NCBI GenBank assembly: GCA_017965475.1
Contig: JAGCPV010000041.1
Span: forward strand, 48,620-112,619
Direction of reading: 5' to 3'
Length of the DNA stretch: 64,000 nucleotides
From: Prevotella sp.
GTDB lineage: Bacteria > Bacteroidota > Bacteroidia > Bacteroidales > Bacteroidaceae
Shown: positions 28,471 through 36,528 of the stretch, in pieces
How the letters are laid out: each line of letters starts with the position of its first letter
Numbering within the stretch: position 1 is the first letter of the stretch
The notes under the pieces: generated by a model
Told to the model about the DNA's origin: nothing
Seen by the model: only the letters and a program-made list of their open reading frames with translations
The model's database searches: none
Position numbers and translations under genes: made by a program

Positions 28471-31230
28471 CTATCGTCCGCAGAGAACGGCATAGGGGCA
28501 GGTACGACAGCGGTCAGGATCGCTGGTAGGCGTAAAGGCGAGGTCTGGATGAAAGACCTCGCTTATTGTTTCCTGTAGCAATTGCATAAAATGCTCTGAG
28601 ACTTTGGCGATATCACGCACAGGTTCTTTGCCTAAGCAGAGGGTGGGGTCGTAGTTCTCAGCTCCCGCATGTTGGATAAAGAGCAGGGCAGGGGAGACGG
28701 GGAGACGCTCCGATCCTTTTCCCTGCTGTTGGTTGTGCACGATGTGACTATAGAGAAAGGCCTGCAGATAGTAGTCACTATGTTCCTTGATATTCTGCGG
28801 GTTGAAAATAGCCTCTACATCAGGGAGGAATTTCAGACGGCGTCCACCTGTTTTATAGTCGATGACGCGGATTCTGGTCTCACCTGTTTGGGAATCTGTC
28901 ACCTGATCCAGACGGTCTATATAACCACCAATCGTTGTCCGTAAGTGCGTTTCCCCATTTACCTCGAATGGTATGGAGACCTTCTTTTCTAAACCAAGGA
29001 TGGTGAAAGGCGTTAGTCGGTGGTCTGTTTCCAGGAGCTGTCGGATATATTTGATGATGACCTCACGGTTGATGAGCTGTATGCCGTCGAGGGATGGCAT
29101 GGGCTGCGACAGGTCATTCATCTGAAAGAGTTCCTTTTTGATGGCCGCATCAACAGCTTGTTCTATCTCTACACCGCTTTCCAGTAGATCGCTAATGGCA
29201 AGAGCCGTGATATGATTGCCTGTGAGTGTCATGAGCCGCTCATAGAGTGTCTGTGCTGAGAGATGGAAGATGTTCCCAAAGATACGATTGTCGATGAGGT
29301 CTTCCTCGTTGTCGTCTGGTTCTTTGAGGTTGCAGACATAGCGGTAGAAGAATCGCAGCTGACAACGGAGATAGTTGCTGATGGCCGTAGGACTGATACC
29401 ACCTTGTTCCTGGCAGAATCGCTGACGGAGTATCTGCATGACGGTCTCCGTCTTCTCAACGGCTTGTGGTGCACGAAGATGGATAGTCTGTCCTGATTTG
29501 AGAGATTGGAATGTGATATCATGACTGCTCTCTACCATGAGTTGGAGCATGAAACGCGACATCTCACCCGTCTGTCCGTCGTTAGTGGCGTTGTTATAGA
29601 CAATTGTGATATCGGAAGCACGTTGTAACAGCCGATGGAAATAGTAGGCATAGATTGCTACCTTATGATCTATGGTGGTGAGACCGTAGGCCTTGCGGAT
29701 CGTGTAAGGGATAAAAGAGTTGTCATTGACGCCTCTTGGCATGTTACCCTCGTTACAGGAGAGCAGAAGCACATGGTCGAAATCGATATTGCGGGTCTCC
29801 AAGACACCCATGACCTGAATACCCTCTGCAGGTTCACCGTGGAAGGGGATTGTGGTCGATTGAATGATCTGCATAATGAGACGCTGTAAGGTGATGGGAT
29901 CGACCTCCAGATCACCATCCGTCTTCAGTTCACAGACACGATTCAGGAGAGTATAGGTGCGGAAGAGCGATTCCTGGGTGAGGGCATCTGGCTTGTCGAT
30001 GCTCACAGCCACCTGCCGTATGGTGTCACGGAGCCAAGGCAGGATGTCCTCCGACATGGTGTCGAGAGAGATATATGGCGCATAGGGATGTTGGTTCAGA
30101 ATTCTGATCAGACGAGGTTGGTAACGTCCCGTTCTCTTAGAACGGCCGTAGATATGAAGATTCAGCAACTGACTGACCAGCGTAGCAGCAGCCGTCAGGT
30201 TCAGTGGATAGCCGGTGGTAACATTCACTTTCTCCACAGCCTCAGGCAAACAGTGAATGGCTGTTGGCAGAAGAGCCTCGTCACAGAGGACGATAGCCGT
30301 TCGCCTGCCACTGGCAATGCGCCCTTCGTCGAGCCATTGGCTAATGTATCGCGCCTGGATGTTCTCTGTGGGGGCAGAGATATAGGACAGATGCTTCTCT
30401 CGGCTGAAATTGGCGTAAATATCCTTGTCCTGTATGTCCAGTTCATTAGGGAAGTGACTGAGGTATTGGGCAATGTAGTGCCCAGCCTCGTTCTTGCCGA
30501 GGTAATAATCGTCGAAGTCCCAATAGAAGTGTGCGCGATTTTCTGCCTTGAGGCGACGGAATAGCGTTTGTTCCACTTGCTGGAGCATGTTGAAACCAAT
30601 GAAGATATATGTATCATAGCTGAACTGGATACGTTCGTCAGTGGCAACCTGTCGATAGAGAGCTCCCTCGTAGGCTATCTGCTGACGACTGAGCTGTTCG
30701 TTGTAGGCGTGGTAGATATCGCCGATGTGACTCCACAGACGGAGGAATCGTTGTTTGAGTTCACTGTTATGGTCATCGGAGAAATTACTGAAGAAACGTT
30801 GTATCATCTCCTTCTGCTCTTCGGAGAGGTAGGAGATGTCGTCGAGCTCATGGATGTCGCGGAGGTTGGCAAATACCTTGTCGGCAGGAGCCATGTTCTT
30901 ATCCAGATCATCAAAATCTGCTAATAACAACTGTCCCCAGCCGTAGAAATGATCGAGCGACTCGTCGATGCCCGTTGTCTGGATAAAACAGTGGTAGAGT
31001 TCGCAGACGAGTTTGATGGGGTCGGCCACTTTTAGGGTGGAATGACTGCGGAACAGTTCACTGATGGTGATATAGGCAGGACTCCATATGGGTTTCCCTG
31101 CAAGACGGGCCAAGTGCTCGTTGAGAAACAAGGATGCCCGTTTGTTGGGAAAGACAACTGCCACGTGGGAGAGGTCGGTCCCGTATCTGGCAATCAGGTC
31201 TGCTGCAACGTATTCAAGGAAACTCTTCAT
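28471..31230 (-). CDS. addB: AddB-like PD-(D/E)XK nuclease subunit with Fe-S cysteines
   Basis: VVFPNKRA, GVLETR, SPTAI..YLRC, GYIDRLD, IDYKTG, CRTCPYAVLC motifs. Confidence 0.82.
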   Translation of the reverse strand: MKSFLEYVAADLIARYGTDLSHVAVVFPNKRASLFLNEHLARLAGKPIWSPAYITISELFRSHSTLKVADPIKLVCELYHCFIQTTGIDESLDHFYGWGQLLLADFDDLDKNMAPADKVFANLRDIHELDDISYLSEEQKEMIQRFFSNFSDDHNSELKQRFLRLWSHIGDIYHAYNEQLSRQQIAYEGALYRQVATDERIQFSYDTYIFIGFNMLQQVEQTLFRRLKAENRAHFYWDFDDYYLGKNEAGHYIAQYLSHFPNELDIQDKDIYANFSREKHLSYISAPTENIQARYISQWLDEGRIASGRRTAIVLCDEALLPTAIHCLPEAVEKVNVTTGYPLNLTAAATLVSQLLNLHIYGRSKRTGRYQPRLIRILNQHPYAPYISLDTMSEDILPWLRDTIRQVAVSIDKPDALTQESLFRTYTLLNRVCELKTDGDLEVDPITLQRLIMQIIQSTTIPFHGEPAEGIQVMGVLETRNIDFDHVLLLSCNEGNMPRGVNDNSFIPYTIRKAYGLTTIDHKVAIYAYYFHRLLQRASDITIVYNNATNDGQTGEMSRFMLQLMVESSHDITFQSLKSGQTIHLRAPQAVEKTETVMQILRQRFCQEQGGISPTAISNYLRCQLRFFYRYVCNLKEPDDNEEDLIDNRIFGNIFHLSAQTLYERLMTLTGNHITALAISDLLESGVEIEQAVDAAIKKELFQMNDLSQPMPSLDGIQLINREVIIKYIRQLLETDHRLTPFTILGLEKKVSIPFEVNGETHLRTTIGGYIDRLDQVTDSQTGETRIRVIDYKTGGRRLKFLPDVEAIFNPQNIKEHSDYYLQAFLYSHIVHNQQQGKGSERLPVSPALLFIQHAGAENYDPTLCLGKEPVRDIAKVSEHFMQLLQETISEVFHPDLAFTPTSDPDRCRTCPYAVLCGR

Positions 31231-31231
31231 A

Positions 31232-34200
31232 TCAGGCAGTTGGGGTGGTCGTTTTTATTTCTTCAATAATGTTGCTATAAACATACCAGAGATAACCCTT
31301 GATATGGGTATGACCCATGGAGGCGAGAAGAGACATATATGCCCGCACTTGGTCGTGGTATTCGGGCTTGGGACTGCCGAACTTGAAATCGACGACGATC
31401 CATTCTTGTCCGTTGGTCATCACACGGTCAGGACGATGCTCCTTAACCTCCCCATTCTCAACAGAGAGGATGGTGCATTCGTTGAAGAGCGTCCACCGTG
31501 GGGAGAACCAGTCTGCCACCTTTGGGTTGCCGAGACGCTTACGAAGCATATTGGCCATGCGTTCAACCGTGATATGCTCGTCGTAGATGATACCCTCAAA
31601 CTGGAGTTGGCGGAGGGCGTCATCGATGTCGTCTGTGGTACGGATGGTGGAGAATATCTGATGGAGGACACTGCCTGTCTGGATAAAGTGACGGTTTTGT
31701 TTGTTGTCTTCATCCTCTCCTGTTACGAAGTCGTAACTACGGTTACTTTGTCGGAAGGTGACCTTACTTTCCTGATGGCGGAAATCGACAGTCAGCGGTT
31801 CTGAGGACTGAAGGAAGGGATTCCTAGAAAGGCTGGCATCACCAGCAGAACTAGTAGGAATAAAAAGTCTAGTACGATTAGCCAGTGATCCGAAGGAAAA
31901 TGTGATGGGGTCTTCCTCATCTTCGAGACCTTCCACATAGGCATCAGGTAGTTCCTCTGCTACTAGCGGCAGACACTGCTCGATGAGGACAGAACGACTA
32001 CCAGAAGCCTTTCGACGCCCAAAGACATAGAGCCCATGACAGGCACGGGTAAAGGCGACATAGAGCAGGTTCAGGTTGTCAACGGTATTCTGGAAATGCT
32101 CATGCAGATAGTCATCCTCGTAGGTCGTACCCATCATCTGTTTCTGACTATAGTCGATGGGGACGATGGGAAGTTCGTCGAAAGGAGGTTCTTTCGGCTG
32201 ACACCAGAGGATATTGCCACTCTGTTTCTCCAACTGCCAGTCGCAGAAAGGACAGATCACATAGTCGAACTCCAGTCCTTTCGACTTATGGATGGAGATG
32301 ATGCGTACACCCTCAGTCACATCACTCTGGATGGTCTTGTTGCACAGACACTCGTCCCATTCTTTGAGGAAACCGTCTATGCTGGCCGTATTCTCATTGA
32401 CATAGTCGGCTAACTGGTCGTAGAAAGCACAGACATAGGCACTCTGTCCATTGAGACGTTCGAGCGTGAAGATGGCATGGAGGTGCTCCACTAATTCATA
32501 TAACGGCATGGTGAGCAGCTCTTTCTCATGCCCACTCAGAGCATCGGGCAGGAGGGTGTCGAGGTCGCAGGTGCTCAGCAACAGCTCGTCATCGGCTGTG
32601 GTTTCCTGCAGCACGTCACAATGCCATAGTTTCACGATGGCGGCCTTGGTAAGCTGGTCGTCAGGATGGATCAGCAGACGGAGCGCCTGTATGAGCAGGT
32701 TCACGGCAGGGGAGGCATCCAGTCTGAAGGCCTCGTCGGAGACAATGGTTATCTCTGGCTTTTGCTCTATAAAATACTGGGCGATGATTGGGATGAAGGC
32801 GTTGACACGTACGAGGATGGCAATATCCCGCTGGGGGACACCACGGGCCGTGAGATCCTCAATGGTGTCAGCAATCTCATGGAGCGTCTGTTCCTGATAT
32901 CCATCTAAGGACAACAGACGGATATAAACTTCTCCCTCTGGCGGGCGCTCTTCTGGTATCTTTTGCTCCACATCTGCGTAGGCTCTTCTGAGTTGTTCGG
33001 CCTCCGATTCGTTGAGTTCTTTCTGTATCAGATATTCCAGATTTGCAGCCTGCCGGAAGAAACTGTTGTTGAATGCGATGATGTTTCGCGAAGACCTGTA
33101 GTTTATATTTAATGATAATGTCTCAATCTGTTGGGTTCCAAATTGTTGCTCTATATTGTTGAGTAGTCTCCAATCACCAGAACGCCAACGGTAGATACTC
33201 TGTTTGACATCACCCACGATAAGGCTACTGCCATGCTCGTGACTCATGGTTTCTGACAGTAATACGCGGAAGTTCTGCCATTGTATGGTGGAGGTGTCTT
33301 GGAACTCATCGATCATCACGTGCTCCAGCTGGGTTCCGATTTTCTCAAAGATAAAGGGGGAATCGCTGTCACCGATGAGCGAGTGTAGCAGGTGTTGGGT
33401 ATCACTGAGCAGGAAACGGTTACTGGTCTCGTTCAGTTCCCGCACCTTCTGTTCGATACTGCTCAACAGTCTCAACTGGTTCAAATGACGAAGGGTCAGG
33501 TCTGCTGATTTATAGAGTCTCCACTGACGGGGGCGCTCCTCAACGGCCTGGCGCAGGATATTACCTAAAGTAGAATCAGCAAGAGCGTGGATGAGCTCCC
33601 GTCGCGGGTGGCTGTTCTTATACCATTTCGTGGGTTCACCAAGACTATCAGTAACGCGCTTGCCCACGATACTCTCGTCGAAAATTCCCTGACGCAATTT
33701 GAGGAAGAAACTGCAGAGGCCTGTCTTGCCGTAGGCGAAATCGTCGATGGTCAGTCCCTCGCCCTCGATGGTGTCGAAGAACTGTTCCGCCAGATCCTTC
33801 ATCCGCTCCTCGGCATGTTGTCGGATCTCACGAAGGCGCAATGTATAGTCTTCAAAGAATCCAGGCTCTGCCATCTTCTTCTCCAGGGCCTGACTCACCT
33901 CTTTATATTTATCTCGGAAGATGGTACGCCCGAATTGCTTGATCTGTGAGATCACGTTCCACGACTTGTCGTCGGAGATATTCTCCATGATATACTTGAG
34001 GATCCACTGCAGGATGACGTCTGTGGTGCTCAGGTCTTCGATCATCTGATCCACAGCGAGTTCTTCCACCTGTACGTCGTTGAGTCCAATACGCAGGTTC
34101 GTGGTGAGATCCAGTTCCCGTGCCATATTACGGAGCACACTCTGGAAGAAGGTGTCGATGGTCTCCACACGGAAATAGTTGTAGTTATGCAATAGGTTGG

Positions 34201-34495
34201 TCAGTCCGATGCCAGCCCGCTCCCTGATGGTCTTTGGCGGCAGATCCGACTTCTTCTCAATCGCCCGCAGGTATCTGTCGGATTCTGGTAGTCCTTTCCA
34301 TATGCCATAGAGCTGGCTGAGGATACGCGTCTTCATCTCCTCCGTCGCCTTGTTGGTGAAGGTGACGGCGAGGATCGTGCGATAGCTCTGCGGATCCTTC
34401 ACGAGCAGACCGATATACTCAGTGGCAAGGGTAAAGGTCTTGCCACTTCCTGCTGACGCCTTATAGACGGTTAGGGGTTTTGTCGTATTTACCAT
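31232..34495 (-). CDS. addA: AddA-like UvrD helicase-nuclease
   Basis: ASAGSGKT, TFTNKA, IDEFQDT, VGDVKQSIYRWR, IHKSKGLEF, LYVAFTRA motifs; C-terminal RPDR..VVDFKFG. Confidence 0.85.
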   Translation of the reverse strand: MVNTTKPLTVYKASAGSGKTFTLATEYIGLLVKDPQSYRTILAVTFTNKATEEMKTRILSQLYGIWKGLPESDRYLRAIEKKSDLPPKTIRERAGIGLTNLLHNYNYFRVETIDTFFQSVLRNMARELDLTTNLRIGLNDVQVEELAVDQMIEDLSTTDVILQWILKYIMENISDDKSWNVISQIKQFGRTIFRDKYKEVSQALEKKMAEPGFFEDYTLRLREIRQHAEERMKDLAEQFFDTIEGEGLTIDDFAYGKTGLCSFFLKLRQGIFDESIVGKRVTDSLGEPTKWYKNSHPRRELIHALADSTLGNILRQAVEERPRQWRLYKSADLTLRHLNQLRLLSSIEQKVRELNETSNRFLLSDTQHLLHSLIGDSDSPFIFEKIGTQLEHVMIDEFQDTSTIQWQNFRVLLSETMSHEHGSSLIVGDVKQSIYRWRSGDWRLLNNIEQQFGTQQIETLSLNINYRSSRNIIAFNNSFFRQAANLEYLIQKELNESEAEQLRRAYADVEQKIPEERPPEGEVYIRLLSLDGYQEQTLHEIADTIEDLTARGVPQRDIAILVRVNAFIPIIAQYFIEQKPEITIVSDEAFRLDASPAVNLLIQALRLLIHPDDQLTKAAIVKLWHCDVLQETTADDELLLSTCDLDTLLPDALSGHEKELLTMPLYELVEHLHAIFTLERLNGQSAYVCAFYDQLADYVNENTASIDGFLKEWDECLCNKTIQSDVTEGVRIISIHKSKGLEFDYVICPFCDWQLEKQSGNILWCQPKEPPFDELPIVPIDYSQKQMMGTTYEDDYLHEHFQNTVDNLNLLYVAFTRACHGLYVFGRRKASGSRSVLIEQCLPLVAEELPDAYVEGLEDEEDPITFSFGSLANRTRLFIPTSSAGDASLSRNPFLQSSEPLTVDFRHQESKVTFRQSNRSYDFVTGEDEDNKQNRHFIQTGSVLHQIFSTIRTTDDIDDALRQLQFEGIIYDEHITVERMANMLRKRLGNPKVADWFSPRWTLFNECTILSVENGEVKEHRPDRVMTNGQEWIVVDFKFGSPKPEYHDQVRAYMSLLASMGHTHIKGYLWYVYSNIIEEIKTTTPTA
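31824..31881. repeat. 9-bp-period CTAG tandem repeat, in-frame in the addA linker
   Basis: CTAG 31824, CTGG 31833, CCAG 31842, CTAG 31851, (31860 decayed), CTAG 31869, TTAG 31878. Confidence 0.75.
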
Positions 34496-36528
34496 CGCCT
34501 GAATAATTCAAAATCAAAACTGATACCAAACTTCTTGAACTCAGCCCCAAGAAAACTGGCGAAAAGACCTACAGAGATATAGCGGTTCGTGAAACCGTAG
34601 CCCAACTCCATATAGGGACGGGTGTGATCTACAAAGACCGAACTGACATAGAATCGTTCTTTTTCGATATACTTACCGAGGTAAGGAATCCAAGTTGCAA
34701 ACAACAGCGGTGACTCATACGATACATTGTATCGCAGATAGTAGTCCGACTCATTATACATCCTGCTGTCGAGTAGTTGGAAGTTACCACTCCAGTCGTC
34801 TTCCCAGTCTTCTGGCAAGTTCTCGTCGCGGAAGTTCGAGAAGTCCAGGAAGTAGTTCTCGTATTTGTTGGAGTAGAATCCGTAGCCAGCCCTGAGGTTG
34901 AGCAATCTAAGCCCAGGGATCTTGTATTTCCACTGGGCATCAAACTCCCAGCGCTCATAGGCGATGTTCGAATCGAAGATGTTCTTGAAGCTTCTTTCCC
35001 AATCGACGGCGAATAGAGGACCTTTATTCAACCATGGCGAGATTTTCAGGCCGATACTCGGGGCAAAGCTGCGATACTCGGTAGGTACACCATAATGCTC
35101 CATCAGTTCCTTATTCAGGGCCAGACGCTGATGGAACACGATACCAGTCTCAACATCGAGCCAGTCAAAAACCATGATATTGTTGAACACCTGTAGGTGG
35201 TTGTCTGTGAACTTGTCCATGTCTGTGTTCCTGAAGTCGATGGTGTCCTGGTGTTCATGGTTGATATGGTCGATTACCGTCGAGTTGCTGATGCGGTTGC
35301 CGTTGCCCCATATAATCTCCGCATAACCATTTCGTTTTGGGTTATAGGTCATACGCAACGGGGCTGTGAAGTAGAAATAGCCCTGCTTGAAGTTATAGCC
35401 GAAGGTGGGGTTAAGCGTCAGGTATCTGTGGGGCGAGAAGGTGTATCTCGTGCGGAGACGCATCTTATAGCTCAAGCCTCTGCTACCGCTATATCTGAGA
35501 TAGAGGGGGTTGATGATAGGCGAGAGGTAGAACTCTACGGCATCCGACTCAGCAGCGATAGGTGTCACCAATTGGTCGCCGATGGTGTCCCAGAGAATCT
35601 TCTTCAACACGCGGGGAAAACTCTTCTTTTCTTTCTGGGTTGTGTCGATCGACACAGTGTCTGCCTCGTGTGCTTTGTCGTAGGCCTCATAGATCCGTTT
35701 GTCAGTCTCGGTGAGAGGGGTGGGACGGATGGAGTCCATCAACTCACGGCTCGACACCCTTGTGATACTGTCTGGCAATGCTGTCTGACAGTGATAGCTG
35801 GCATCAAAGAGGGCTGAGATCCTGTTACCCACAAAACGGAATGTCGCTGCCGTCACGCATTTTTTTGGCATCAGGGAGAGAGGTCCTTCGTCGCCTTGCA
35901 GAATCTCCGTTCGGAAGGTCAGCATGTCGAACTCACCGTTCAGTGTGGTGCGGATAATGCGTCCCGTCTCTGTCTCTACAATGGCGTAGCCGTTTAACAG
36001 CTGGGTGTTGTAGAGTTTCGGGCGGAAGTCCAGTCGTGTGGTACCGTCCTCTAGACGTTTCTCGGTATAACGGTAGTAACGACGGTTGTATTTGTTGAAG
36101 GGCGATAGGATATGTCCTTCGTAGAGGTCGATGTCGTAGATGTTAGGCGTCATATAGTCCAGCAGGGTAGGCATCGCCTTACGATTACGGCGTACGGTAC
36201 CAGCCAGTACCTGACTGTTGATGTCGTACTCATGGGCATTGGCGAACCTCACCTTACTATATGACTCACGGATATACTCTCTGGGGTCTTTGGCCAGCAC
36301 GTACATCGTGGGGATGAGCCAAAGAGTGGCATTGCGCTTCTCAACGTTGAAGCGGAACTTCGCATAGACATTATCCTCCAGTCCCTTGATCTGAGAGGTA
36401 TATGTCTTCTTGTAGCTGAAGATGCGTGGAAGGATGGAATCGTTCTTTTCTCTGGCATAGAGACAGGAGGGTATGCTTAAAAGTATGCCCCACAACACCA
36501 GTCTGATGAAAGAACTCCTAACTCCCAT
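34489..36528 (-). CDS. DUF5686-like outer membrane protein
   Basis: Signal peptide; C-terminal beta-barrel with PYMELGYGFTN and a terminal FELFRRW. Confidence 0.65.
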   Translation of the reverse strand: MGVRSSFIRLVLWGILLSIPSCLYAREKNDSILPRIFSYKKTYTSQIKGLEDNVYAKFRFNVEKRNATLWLIPTMYVLAKDPREYIRESYSKVRFANAHEYDINSQVLAGTVRRNRKAMPTLLDYMTPNIYDIDLYEGHILSPFNKYNRRYYRYTEKRLEDGTTRLDFRPKLYNTQLLNGYAIVETETGRIIRTTLNGEFDMLTFRTEILQGDEGPLSLMPKKCVTAATFRFVGNRISALFDASYHCQTALPDSITRVSSRELMDSIRPTPLTETDKRIYEAYDKAHEADTVSIDTTQKEKKSFPRVLKKILWDTIGDQLVTPIAAESDAVEFYLSPIINPLYLRYSGSRGLSYKMRLRTRYTFSPHRYLTLNPTFGYNFKQGYFYFTAPLRMTYNPKRNGYAEIIWGNGNRISNSTVIDHINHEHQDTIDFRNTDMDKFTDNHLQVFNNIMVFDWLDVETGIVFHQRLALNKELMEHYGVPTEYRSFAPSIGLKISPWLNKGPLFAVDWERSFKNIFDSNIAYERWEFDAQWKYKIPGLRLLNLRAGYGFYSNKYENYFLDFSNFRDENLPEDWEDDWSGNFQLLDSRMYNESDYYLRYNVSYESPLLFATWIPYLGKYIEKERFYVSSVFVDHTRPYMELGYGFTNRYISVGLFASFLGAEFKKFGISFDFELFRRW

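Noticed and set aside
28691-28708. GGGGAGAC repeated twice in addB
   Set aside because: Only two units, and they overlap a plausible conserved protein motif.
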